Shown here: positions 1-12,117 of the stretch, piece by piece | How the letters are laid out: each line of letters opens with the position of its first letter | Position numbering within the stretch: position 1 is the first letter of the stretch | Assembly: GCA_013265495.1 (NCBI GenBank) | Contig: MU057560.1 | Location: 2,790,909 to 2,854,908 of the forward strand | Source: Vicugna vicugna | Lineage: Eukaryota | DNA length: 64,000 bases | Reading direction: 5' to 3' | The notes under the pieces: model-generated | The model's input: only the letters and a program-made list of their open reading frames with translations | Databases searched by the model: none | What the model was told of the DNA's origin: nothing | Program-made: the position numbers and the translations under genes

Positions 1-349
1 CCGCCGTTTCCCTGAAAAGTGGCAGGAGACTCTTTTGGAATAAGAGACAAGGCCGTCGGACGGCTGTCCTGTGGAAGCCCAGCCCCTGAGCGATTCGGGT
101 TTGCCTAATCACCTGGTGAGGCTGTGAGCCACCTGACCTGCTCTTGTCAAGCTAAGGACGCAAAGTCACGAGTAATAAGCGTGCTTCCCGCGTTTGCACG
201 CCGCGGCTCCCCGTGCCTCCGCTCCCGCGTCGCTGCGTGGTTCCCTGCTGTACCTTTAAGGGCCGAGATAAGGCCCGAACTCAGTCATTGTTCTCACCAC
301 CTGAGACAGTGCGTGCGCTGATCTGCTCTGTTTTGTTATTTTACGAAAG

Positions 350-377
350 GGTCCCTGAGCCCCTCGTTCCTAAGTGA
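350..377 (+). CDS. Candidate internal microexon (24 or 28 nt) of an unidentified plus-strand gene
   Basis: Branch-like CTGAT (318-322), pyrimidine-rich ctctgttttgttattttacgaaag acceptor ending at 349, and two overlapping consensus donors TAA|gtgagt (after 373) and TGA|gtaagt (after 377). Frame unknown (VPEPLVPK or GSLSPSFLS). Confidence 0.5.
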
Positions 378-2549
378 GTAAGTAACCAGAGCGACGTCAG
401 CGGAGCAGCTGCTTCAGCTCTTCAGCGGAACACGTGTTTTGCCAGCCCAGCTGTGCCGCGATCGAAAGTCTGTCCTTGGTGGACTTGAACGAAATGGCCA
501 GATTTTCCCCCAAACTGACGGAAACGAATGGGAAGAAAAGCAGCTTTGCTTTCATTAGAAACCTTGACAAAGTTCAGTTAGAACCTCTTGTTTTCACTAA
601 TCTCCCCAGGACGGTTCTGCTGCCCTCATGTCTCAGCAGGGACCTCCTGGCTCAGGCCAGGACCACCTGCTCCACCCAAACTGGGTCCCTCCTGTGACGT
701 CAGCCTCTCCCACGGCCCAGAAGCCACCTCCGATACCGCGTCACCTCGCCCCATCACCTTGGCCAAGTGAGGGGCAGGTGTGAAGGGAGGAGAAGCAGCC
801 TCGTGCCGCTCTGGGAAGGACGGAGCACTGGAACGGCTCCGGTGAATCCAGCTAAACCCGCGGTGAACCTCTAGTCTACGCTTCCGCGTGATCGGCAACT
901 CGAACGTAGTGCGCAGAGAAGTCTAACGAGTAAACTAGACTTTTTCCCACACTTGCTCATGAGAACTGAATGGTCCGAGTTCTGCTGAAAGTATTTTACA
1001 TAAAAATAGGTGATGCTCGGTGTGTTTGCATGCGGCGTGTGAGCTTTTGGGGAGTAGGTTCCTCTTTCCTGTCTGGTGGTGTCCGGAACAGCAGAAGGCC
1101 AAGTCCTGAGGAAACCAGATTCCCGTCCGGTGAGTGGGCGCTTTGCGCTGTCCCGGCCCGTGGGGAGCTGGGTGCTGAGCGCCCCGAGGTGGAGCCCCAT
1201 GCCGTATTTCCGCCCGCACTGGCAGGGGCCGAGGCAGCACTGCCCTTTCAGTCTCGCTCCCGGGGAGCCCCCCGCTCAGCCCACTTCCCTCCAGACTGGA
1301 GCTGAGACTCGGAGGCCCGGGGGTGCGCACGGCGCCACACGACCAGACAGATGTCCATGAGCTGACCTTCACACACAGCCCCCGGGAATGCTTTCTGGCC
1401 TGGTTATTCCAAATCAGCTTTTTAAAATCACATTAACAGGTTTTATTGTGCAGTTTATAAATCCACCTTGTACTAAGGAGCGACACATTGGAAATAACAT
1501 GTAAGTTGTGTCTGTGCACCTAACCTCTGCTCCAGACGCCTGCCGAGTGGTGTGATGCTTGGCCCCGCCTGATCACTAGACCTGGTGTCGTCTGTTTCTT
1601 GTAAACGAGGAACGTGAGGGGGAGAGAAGCCACGTGGTCACACAGCGCATAGCGAAACGAGGTTTGAACCACCGGATACCTGACACCAGCGTCACGGACA
1701 GAAGTGAGAAACGATACGGACAGAAAATGAATGAAAGTGTAAACAGTTGCCATCAGAGCTTAGGAATCAGGCAGTTTGGGATCACGGAGAAAAAGTGCAG
1801 AAGCCCCCAGCCAGCCCCGTGGGGAGCCCTCGCTCTGCAGCACGGCCGGCGACGTGCCAGCGGCCCCGAGTAGGTGCTCAGTGCGTGGTGCTCCGTGTGT
1901 GCCAAAGCCTGGAGACGGAAGGCCGCGGACTGCCCTGGGGAGACCAAGCGCGCTGCGGCCATGCAGGCCTGGGCCCAAACCTGCGTCTCGGGCAGACCGG
2001 TGTGGGCGAGGCTGACCCAGCCTGCCGTGGGGTGGCTGAGGGTAAATGAGGCAGCATGTGCCCTCCTGGCTTGTGTCCACACAGCGGCCTGTCAGGCAGT
2101 GGTGGAAAGGTGCTTGCATCTTGCATTCTTGCCTTAACAACAGGACTTCACGAGGACGTGTGGGTTCTGTCTAAGTGTCTGAAGGTCAGAGACTCCTCTC
2201 TTGTCGTCAGTAAGTCCCATCCATGTTACCCAAGGGCTTCTAGCACCTGATGGTGACGTTGGACCATTTCCAGGAGAGAAGGGACCGGCCTCAGACGCTG
2301 CGGATACACAGTGATTACAATGCAGATTATTTTTCAATTTACCAGTTATAAACATCCAGCCCAGTGCTTTTTGGAGAAAGTCACCCCAAGTTACGAGTTA
2401 CTCATCCGACTGCACTACTCACTTCATTCTTCAGGGAGTAAATCGAAGCCTCATTAATTTCAAGCACCAGAATGGGTTATTTTTAATTTTCCTGGCTGTC
2501 AAGTTAATAAATCCTGATTAATCTAAGCATTACTTAGCAGAGCAGCTCA

Positions 2550-2565
2550 CCCAGCAGGTGGCGAG
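2550..2565 (+). promoter_or_regulatory. CTCF-like motif
   Basis: CCAGCAGGTGGCGA matches the CTCF core CCASYAGRKGGCRS except at the last base. Confidence 0.45.
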
Positions 2566-3149
2566 TGGTCTCACCCCGGGGCTGAGAAATGCACACCTGG
2601 GGAGACTTCCTCCCCGACGGTCTGACCAGCATCAGCCCTGCCACGGAGGCACGTTCGCAGAAGGCAGAACATAGTCCTCAGACAGGGGCGTCCGTGAAGC
2701 TCTGATGCCCCCACCGCACGTGCCTACAGTGGAGCGTGGACAGCGGGACAGTGTTCCAGGCCCTCCCAGGGTGCAGTCCACCTTCACAGGCGGTCCCAGA
2801 GCCTCCCGTCTCTGCTGCTCTGACCACCTCTCCCGTCCTCTCTCACCGACGCCATCCCACCTCCCGCCCTGCCTCTCCCGACCTGATGCTTCTCACCCAC
2901 TGCTCCCTCTGCGTGTCCTCATGTCCCTCGTCCACCTGTTCTCCGTCTGCCCCAGGTGCCGGCGCTGAGGGAGGCCACTTCACAGCCTCCTCAAAAGGTG
3001 GGCTTCACGCCCTCACTTCCTGCTGGCTTACCCACCTCTCCAAAATGTCGCTAGCTGAGTTGTGATTTCCAAATCCAACTCACATTTTAAAACCCCATCC
3101 TGCTGGGCTCTGAAGCGCATCTGACATCGCTGGGCACATTCAGAGAGAC

Positions 3150-4180
3150 CGCTCCCTTCTTCCCTCTCCGCTCCTCACGTCCGGGTGTCCTGCCCTCCAC
3201 CTGCGGCTCCCAGGTCTGTGTGCTCGCCCTTCCCATCCTGCCGAGGTCCCACCGCCACGTGCTGAGGACCCTCGAGCCGGCACCCAGCTCGGACGGTTTA
3301 TCGAAGACTGTCTTGGCCTCGCTGCTGCCCGAGCAGCCCTGAGCCCTGAGCGTGGTCGTCCTCCCCGCGGAAGCCCCGTCCTCCGTATCCTGCTCGTTCC
3401 CAGCTACACGCTAGCATCACAGACGCGCCTCCCCCTCTAGTCTGTGTTCCTCCGTCCTGGGACTGTCATGCCCTTCTGACATCAGGTCCAAACCCCTCCT
3501 CTCCACCCCCGCTTCCTGCCGTCCACACCTCGAACAGAGGTTTATCATTGCTCAGCTGGACCACGCCAAGGGCCTCCTGCCCGGCCTTCTTGGCTGTAGC
3601 TCTGTGCCCCCCACATCCACCCTCCACACGGCCTTTATAATCGTCTGCATGAAATCTGGACACACCCGTGCCACCCCTCCTCCACGTGAAGCCTTTCGTA
3701 GCCCTCCCATCCCTGTGGGGTGCATTCCTCCAGGTGCTACAGTTACCGGTCCCCCCCCACCCGTCCGGCTGCCCCTGCGCACCATGGGCTGACACATCGG
3801 GCTCGGCCACCCGGAACACCCCCGGAGAGCCCCGACGTGGCTCCATGTGCCTCTGCGCGCGGTCTCTGTCTCCTGCCTGAAAGGTGTCTTTTGTTTGTTT
3901 GCTTACCCGTCTGTCTGGACTTGCCGTTCAGCCCTCAGCGCCCCCTCCAGGCCCCACCCCTCTGTCCGCCCACCGCTCGGCCTGGGTCTGCTCTCAGCAG
4001 TCGTCTTCTTCCTCAGCACGTACTTCAAGTAACAGAGCACATTTCCTCTAGGATCTTTCACTTGCCTCTTTTGATCCTAGATCCAGGTCTTCAGGGTAAA
4101 GGAGAAATCTTATTTTCAGTGTTTGCCCCAGGGCGTGCCTGGTGCCGAGTGCTGAGTACTGAGTACTGGATGTACTCGGA
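3150..4180 (+). mobile_element. Degenerate LINE-2 fragment(s)
   Basis: ccaccctccacacggcc..atcgtctgcatgaaatctggacacacc..gtgaagccttt and a 3'-end-like segment (cagggtaaagg..cctggtgccgagtgctgag) resemble L2 consensus; boundaries approximate. Confidence 0.5.
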
Positions 4181-4633
4181 GCGCCGACTCCACGGGGAGA
4201 GGCTCCCCGGCCGTCCTCCCTCTGGCGAAGCCAGTGTACACGGCGGGCACCACTGGCGGGCTCCGCGGCGGCTCCTCCTCTGGTCCTATTCAGGAGAGAG
4301 GACTTCCTGAGTCCAGTGTTCAGAAAAGCAATGGTGTGTTCTCTCTTTGGGGTTTTGGGGCTCTGTACAAAAGTCTTAATTTTTCTGAACGACAACTGGT
4401 TTAGGCATTGAGTTCAATGAGAAACACTCGAGCTGGTTAAGCTGTAATTTCTTTGAACATCTTCAAACAATAATTTCTCCTGCGTTGTCTTAGATAGACT
4501 AAACCTTTCTATCTTCAGTTTACTTGCCTTATGAGTGTGAAGGAGGGTGCAGTACAATGCTCTCTCCCCTCGCAGGTGTCCAGCATCCTGCCTGACACCA
4601 GCCTCAGAGCGGCCCTCAGAGGCCCTGGGACTG

Positions 4634-4712
4634 CCTCCCTCCTCCCTCCTCCCTCCCTCCCTTCCCATCTTCCTCCCTCCCTCCCCCTTCCTTCCTTCCT
4701 CCCTTCCTTCCT
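4634..4712. repeat. Polypyrimidine (CCT/CCTT/CCCT)n low-complexity tract
   Basis: Directly visible C/T run of ~80 nt. Confidence 0.9.
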
Positions 4713-5207
4713 TGACGGCACCTCCCCCACATCAGAAGCCTGGTCGCACATCTTGCATCTTTGAGGGAAAGTAAGACGGCAAGTGTGAAGCCCCTGGGAT
4801 GACTCAGGGAACCTGAGGTGTTGGAAGGAACAGACACTTCGATGTTTTAGGTTAACGTTCAAAACAAGTGCGCATCACCTGTGATGTGATTTCTAAGAAA
4901 AACTTCAACTGTATCAAACCCTTGTGGGGAAGAGGCCAGTGTCACCAGGACAGAGGAGGGACAGCTCTGTGAGGGACGCCTCCAAGCCGCACTTTGCAAG
5001 TCAAATACCGGCGTGTTTTCTCAAGTCCCCCCACTTGCCGCAGTAGAGGGACACCTAAGACCTGAATTGAATTTTCTTACCAGTACGAGGGATGACTCCA
5101 CTTGCTTTGGTTTAAAATACGTCAAAAAGCTAAGCTGAATCCTAAGTTATCAGCAGGGGGAAGTGTCGGCTTGTCTGTTTCCTGAGCGTTTTCTCCACTT
5201 CCTGCAG

Positions 5208-5223
5208 GAATGAGCTGGTCTGA
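5208..5223 (+). CDS. Candidate coding start of terminal exon (..N-E-L-V-stop in phase 2; phase 1 would instead read MSWSESNML.. to 5410)
   Basis: Strong acceptor cgttttctccacttcctgcag|G at 5207/5208, followed by G AAT GAG CTG GTC TGA; a long 3'UTR-like stretch follows. Confidence 0.4.
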
Positions 5224-5599
5224 GAGCAACATGCTCTCTGGGAATCCTTACAACACTAGCCTCGCATCTTCCTTGAGATGGCAGTGCCCGACGGCTGCTT
5301 CCGTCCCGCTCCCTTCCCCCAGGGTGAGGGCGCGCCTTGCCCCAGTAAGGGGGTGGGCAGGGAGCAGAGAGAGGAGAGGAAAAGTGCAGGCAGGCAGGCA
5401 GCGGGCGTGAACTCGGGCTGTCACCATCCAGGCCTGGATGCTGCAGAGGCTGAGTTCATGGCGGCGGACAGCCGGCGCGGCCTGGGAGGCAGACCCCTGG
5501 GTGTGAGCTGGTGACACAGCAAACCCACGCCGTGAACTTGGAGGTGGGCAGTGTGGGCAGGTCTCTGGCATGGAGACATGGGGGGAGGGGGTCTGTAGC

Positions 5600-5765
5600 A
5601 CGATCTGGGCTCAAATCTCAGCCCTCTGCCAACAGCTGAGTGTCCTGCCCGAGTCTAGCACCGCCCTCTCCTGGAGCCCTCTGCAGCTCCTTCCGCAAAC
5701 GGGGGAGGTGACACCTCTCCCGTGGGAATGTTGGAGGCAGGAGCGACGTAGCTCACAGCTCATGT
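5600..5765 (+). mobile_element. MIR fragment
   Basis: tctgggctcaaatctcagccctctgcc..agctgagtgtcctg..ctccttccgcaaacggggg resembles the MIR core. Confidence 0.5.
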
Positions 5766-8700
5766 GGAGAGCCCCGCAGGGAGGCCAGCGGAGGGCCGGG
5801 CACAGAGCAAGTCACTGGACGGATGCAGTTTCAGGCCCCCTCCCCGAGGTCTGACGGACTTCCCATGAGGGACTGGGGCGCTGTTCCCCCGAGCGATGCC
5901 GATGGCACTGCAGAGCCTGACATGGAGACGGCGTTCAAGTGACGTCCGAGCCACGCAGGCCGACGTGCCCTCCGCGCAGGAACCCGCTCGCTCCGCCTTC
6001 AAGCCCCACTGTGCTGTCGGTCCACGTGCGCAGCACGGCACGGGGCCCGGGGTGGGGGGACCAGATCCACGCCTCCCCTCCTGTTTTGTAGACACTGTCC
6101 CCCACACTCACCCAGCCTTACTGGCAGCTCTGGGGTAATTCCCTGTGATTTTGACATGTTGCTGCATTCGCTCTGCTCAAGGATATAACTGGGAAACAAG
6201 GAAGGGAAGGCAGAGCAAGAGGGAGGGAGGAAGGGAAAATAAACCTGCAGAGCACAAACCCAGGGAGATGGTCGGTGGGACTGGCCCCACAGGTCACGCA
6301 GCCTCAGGACGCAGCGAATCCTAGAGGGAGCGTGTGGCTCATACCAGCTAGTGGAGCTGAGTGGACCAGGCAGGAGACGGCTTCCCGGCCAGTCTGTGAC
6401 TCCGAGGGACACAGGACATTGTCCCAGGAACACACGTGCCACCAGGCAGCTCGCGGGGACTGTCTGGCCACACCGCATCCCCGACGTCTCTCTGTGGTTT
6501 CATTCAGGAACCAAGGGAAGCGCCCGCTCTTTTCAAGCCTTTTCTTTGTGTCTTCGGTAAAGAAGCCGTTAGCAGACATCTCTGCCAGGCTCCTCGGTGC
6601 TCCAGAGAGCTGATCCAGGCCCTGTGCACCGTGGGACGGGGGGCCCCGGGTGTGGGCGGCGGGAGGGGTGCCCTGCGTCCTCTCAGACTAGAGGCGTGCT
6701 CTCCACTGAGGTGGCCGCTCGCTAACTGCTTCGGACAGATTTTCTCTCCAGCTCTTAAACCCAGAGACTGCGCTGGAGTCTGAAGCCTGTGGTGTCTGTG
6801 TTTCTTGAAGGGAGACTGAAAGGCAGAGTGTGTTAAAATTCAAAATGGGAAAGGCTCTGGTAGCTGGAGACAGGGCAGCAGGTGGACGCGCGTCTCTGAG
6901 TGACAGTGATCTGCTGTCTGGCGCGGGCTCCCAGGTGGGCAGGGCGACCTGCCGTGTGCCCCAGCTGTCCTCGCAGGGGACGCGGCCATCCCAAGGCCCT
7001 CGCAGCGCTCAGAAGAGGCCGGCAGCCTGTCTGCAGGCCGTCAGCCCTGAACCACACGCCCCCTAGTCCTCTGGGAGGGAAGAACTTAGGCTGCTGGGGA
7101 GTCACTCTGAGGCCACGAGCCGAAATTTCCAGGGCAGAGTAGGTGGCTCCTGCCGGAAAGGGCTTGTACCCGAGCAGACTTGGCTGTAGCTTCTCGTGAC
7201 TCACTCACCCTTCAGATTCCACAAGGACAGCCCCAGCCTGGGGCACCGCTGAAACGGCTCGCAGTGGGGATTCCATCCTCTGCGGCCGCCGGCCCCCCTC
7301 CACTCCTCTGGAGCGTACCGGCCCCAGGACGTCACTGGCCGGCAGGTGCCACTGTGCACTACGCAGGGACGCAGCCTGAGTCCTGCCAGGGTTTCGTGTG
7401 ACACTGACAGTGTGCAGACTGAACGCGCCAGGCTGAAGTGCTGTCTGATTGTGCTCTTCATCAGCAGCAGAAGGGGCGTTTCCGTGGAACGTGATTTGGT
7501 CGTGGTACGCTCATCTCCAGAATGCCTGTCGGAGCGATTTGCAAGGCGCCGGCTCTTTTCAAGCCCGCCGGCAGCTGGAGTTCAGCTGCAGCTTCGGATG
7601 GGCTCTGAATGCTGATAACTGCAGCACCCACGTGTCGCCAAGTCCTACTGCTGAGAACCGCCATCGTGAAGCCGTCACTGGGCTGAGATGGCTTCGGATG
7701 GGGAGTCGCAGACACCCCCGGTACTTCCCTTCCTGCTCTGTGCGGCCCGCTAAGAGCCATACGTTTCGTGCCGGTGTCTGTGCAGGAAGCTCAGGGTCCC
7801 CCGGGCGGTGTCTGGGGCTTTGGTGCAGAGGCACCAGAGGAAACCACTGCAGTGGCCGCGTGTGTAACGTGGTGGCTGTCTGGGTGGGTGTCAGCTCCTT
7901 GATTAATGGAGGACAGAGGCAGGAGGGAATTAAGAGAAAGCCTGGGGCAGTGGGAAGACGGTACTGCTCAGATGCGCTGTTCTGCTGGTGGGGTCAGAGC
8001 CTCCTGAATCTGGCCACAGCTCTGGGACCCATGGAGCCAGGCTTGGATACGGGCAGCCCACGGCATTTAGGGATGTGCCTTTTTGCCCGTCTGGCTCCTG
8101 AGGTCCCGTGTGCCTCCTGGGCAGGTGAGCAGGTGCCGTGCTGGGTGTGGCAGGTCAGCTGACCCCCCTCATCACCGTCACCCTGGGGAGAGCGGGGCTG
8201 CGGTCCACGCCGTGCGCTCCTGTTAGCACGTGTGGCCGGCGGGTGACAGGGCAGTGCTGTCACTCTGACGCTGGCACACCCGTCACGCCCACTTCCTCGA
8301 TGTTGAAAGGAAAAGGGTGCGCTAGTCTCTAAGCCAAGCTGCAGGACACTTTCCAAACATGACTGGGAAAAGCATAACGTGCACTCTCCACGTGCTCACT
8401 TAGGCTACGGCCCTCCGCGCCCCGGCGCACCTCAGGCCAGGGAGCAGGGCCAGCGCGGGCGCTGCCCGGTCCCCCGTCATGGTGCCAGCCAGGGCGGTGC
8501 CAACGCAGGAAAAGAAGCTGGTAAACGTTCCAAACGGTCACCATTCGTGGTGGGACTGGGCATGACGTCAGGTGTCCTTAGTTTCCAAGTAGAAAGGACG
8601 GAAGTTCCCTAGACAGCGATTCATTTTTTGAAATGACCATTTTATAAAATCCTTTCAGGGCTTTTAACGTTCCCAGGTCACTGTCAGTCTTAAGCCTGTT

Positions 8701-8824
8701 TATGTAATTAATGCATATTTATCAGACCCTTATATTAAGTTTTATATACTTAGGATATATACACATTGAATTTACATATTGTACATAATTAGATAAATGT
8801 TGGCATAGTATTGTGTTACGTTGT

Positions 8825-8830
8825 ATTAAA
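8825..8830 (+). terminator. Poly(A) signal ATTAAA
   Basis: ATTAAA preceded by TGTA elements (8703, 8780, 8822) in an AT-rich island and followed by T-rich sequence. Confidence 0.5.
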
Positions 8831-11800
8831 TAATTTCTGCGCACTTACCCAAGTATTTTTAAAAATTTACCCAAACCGCCATTGGAAGCCTGCCTTTCTG
8901 ACAATATATGTATTTTTTTTTTCAACTGGGAGACTGAAGGCCTCTTTCCTGTCTGTGTCGTCTGCCCTTTCCGTTTTAAACCTGCCTCAGCCTCCCTGAC
9001 CTTCCTACTTGAATCCGGCCCCACAGAAACCCACTTTCTCCGGCCGGTGCTCCAGACCGGCCTCTCAGGAGTGACAGAAGGGAGGCCGTGAGGACAGGGC
9101 TGTTGCTGTGATCTGCCTTCTCCCTGCTCCACACACAGGGCCGGCCTGCCGGGAGGGCTGCTCAGCCCCGTCAGACGAGGACGTGCTGTCGGTCCTCACC
9201 CCCAGCACCCCGCCCGCGGCCGGGGCCACAGCAGCCTCCCCAAAGGCCGTCTGTCCAGGTCGCAGGGTGGCTGTGTGTGCGGGAGGCCACACCGGCAGCT
9301 CCGTGAAGTGGCTTCAGGGGCCACACCCCGGGGGACGCCTCACAGGTCCTCGCCCTGTACGTCGAGTGCCTCTGGGTGTGTGTGTACGTTTCTAAGACAG
9401 AAAATACTACGGTGACTGCGCTCCGAGGTCTCACCCTCACATGCTTACTGTGTTTTCTATCCAGCACATTTTCTTACTGTTTCCAGAGAAAATTCAGGCG
9501 TGATTATATACTGAAAGGTGCAGTTCACGGCGACGTTCTTCAGAGTCTGCAGACCCTGAGAAGCGCACGTGTCACTGGGGCTGTGACTGCCTGCACCCCG
9601 CTGGCCTCAGCACAAGACGCCGGCTCGCCCGGGACAGTCACAAATGCAGAACGTTAAAGCGCTTTGTAAATGTTCTCCCTCCCTCGGCCCTTGAAAAATT
9701 ATTCCAGCGACTGTAGCGCCGAAAACGGGGCCTTCCCAGCCCTCGGTGGTCGAGGTGGGGCGGGGCGAGCTCGTGGGGAGGCGGCGTCTGGAGATGGTGA
9801 GGTCGCTCAGAGGCTCCCAGGCGGCAGCCTCGCCCTGCCCGCCCGCAACTCGCGTCGCTTCCCGCAGCTCAGTCCTGCTGGGCCAGGGTCCCACTCTCCA
9901 GTCCCGCTGTTCACCGGCACTTGCTTACGTAATTACGGACCACGCCTTCGCTTGCACAGGAGCAAGAAGCTCTTCGTTTATTTATGGCTGCAAAGTACAC
10001 AGTGTCCTTGAGGCACGGAACTGGGCCCGTCCGGACAGACCCAGACGGCAGGGCAGCTGCCCGACAGGCGGAAGGAAGCCTGGGACGGCGAGGCTGAGGG
10101 TGAATCCCCTTTGCAGCTTCCCCTCCCTTGAGAGGGTGGGGTCCGGTGGTGGTCGGGGTGTCGGCGCTGGCAGAGGGGCTGAGAAAGATGCTCCCACGTG
10201 CGGGGCTGAGTCCCGGGCCTTCGGGGAGGAGGAGCGGCAGGAGGGAGCCCCGCCCGCTGGTCCCCGCATCCTCACCCACAAAGCCGGGCAGGCTGCAGGG
10301 TCACGACAGCGAGTTCAAGGTGGACTGATCTGTTAGGCACCCCCACCCCACGCTGCCCCCCTGCTCCTTCCTCCCCAAACCTTCCCCCTCGACATGACTG
10401 ACCTCGGACCCCACATCGCCCTCAGCCCAGCGCGTCGTTGCAGGAGAACCGTCCCTCACTGTCTGGCGCATGAGAGCGTGGCTGAGGCCTGGGAGAGGGC
10501 CTGAGACCCTTTGGGGGAGCTGTCCTGTCCAGGGGCTCCTCAGTGTGAGGCAGACGTGGACTGTGTCAGGAGCCGTTCTTCTGGCCCTTGCCATGGGGGG
10601 GTCTGTCCCCAAGCCCGTCCTTCCCCCATCTCCCCAGCAACATCTGGTTTTCTACCTTCAGAATCCACAAGTTGTTGAAAAGCGATGAGATTCTTAGGTT
10701 GCTGCTGTGTGAACATGAGCTTGCAAAGCGGTGGGAAGGGGGTCCCCAGCTCTCTGGCGCAGGTCGGGTTTCTGAGCGAGTTTGCTCACATAATGGAGCA
10801 CATGGGGCAGTGGGTTCCCCACCCCCGACGTGCTGCGAGTCCCTGATCTGCCTGGGGCATCTGCACTTCACGCCCACGCCTCCCCTGTGACCGCCGTCCA
10901 GCAGAAGTGCCCCATTCAAGTGTCTGCGGGGTGAGTGGTCTGCTTGGATGTCTGGCCCGTTGCGGTCATGAGCCAGGAGTGACAAGGAAGGTGGTTCACG
11001 GAGAAGAGCACGTTAGCGCACGGCACTGCTTCCAAGCGCCCGTGTCCCTCCACATCTGAGGTCGCTGACTTGGCTCTTTGGGCTAGGTGACTGCAGGTGA
11101 CAGCACAAGGCGACATCTGAATCCAGCAGGGCAGTCACATCGCCGTGAAACAAAGCTGAAGCAGGCGACGGAGAGACACCGCCATCACGTCAGGCTGTGT
11201 GCTGTGCAAAGAAGGCAGAAACGATGTTAACTCTGAACTTTCAAGAAAAAAATAGACAAAGATATTTTTCAGGAAAGACGTTATTTTCCTGTATCGCCTG
11301 GGAGAAAAATCACTGCACTTCACAGGGGAGTAAAACCTCAGAATTCAAAACAGCAGATGAAGCCACACGTAGGCTTTTTCTTACACTTTTTAAATCCTCC
11401 AGCGTGAGTCCCTGGCTCTCCCTTTCCAGGAGTCCTGCAGTGCCCTAAAGTTTCCCTGCGGCCCTTCCAGAGTCAACAGGCCTCTGAAGTCAGATCTCAC
11501 CCTGGGTCACAGTGCACTTTCCAGCGTTTGACTCAAAATCCTGGTGCTTGGTTCCAGCTCTCAACTCACTGGACTGTCTTGGCCCCTGTGACTTACGGCT
11601 GTTTGTGAAAATCAAACAAAATGCAAAAATCCTCAAAGACTAAGGATTCGTGACGTTCCAATGGATATAATTAGCCCTGAGGGGTTTTTAAAAACCATTC
11701 TACGAAGCTGTCCCATCTCCTGATGTCAGGGCTTTGGTCGGCGTGCCCCCTTTGGGGAGAGGCTTGTGTTGTCCATCAACATTAAGAAACAGGACATCCC

Positions 11801-12096
11801 AGGAGAACATGACCCAGCAGCCCGAATGCTGAACCGTGTCCCAGCGAGATTCTAGAATGCGTATGTAAACATGGGAAAGGGGGGCGCCCTGGTTTGAAAA
11901 GGGGGGAGGGGGCGTCCTGAGCATCTTAGGAAACAGATTGGCTATGGAGCAGGCATTAAATGTGAAAATAAGTTTAAATTAAATTGATTGACATAAAAAA
12001 ACACCTGTACACGTTTCTAATGGAAAGTCAACTTACAGAGAGTAGCCACGGGTGATCATTTACATATAAATATGTATTTCCATGCACACGAGTGCC

Positions 12097-12117
12097 TGTG
12101 TGTGTGTGTGTGTGTGT
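12097..12117. repeat. (TG)n microsatellite
   Basis: About 10 TG units, visible directly. Confidence 0.9.

Larger units (their letters stand above)
5224..8850 (+). other. Candidate ~3.6 kb 3'UTR of the plus-strand gene
   Basis: Lies between a strong acceptor and an abrupt AU-rich block (8620-8860) with UGUA elements and an ATTAAA hexamer. Confidence 0.45.

Noticed and set aside
2250..2315. Collagen-like peptide GDVGPFPGEKGP on the plus strand
   Set aside because: The Gly-X-Y register breaks, a stop follows shortly, and there are no flanking splice sites.
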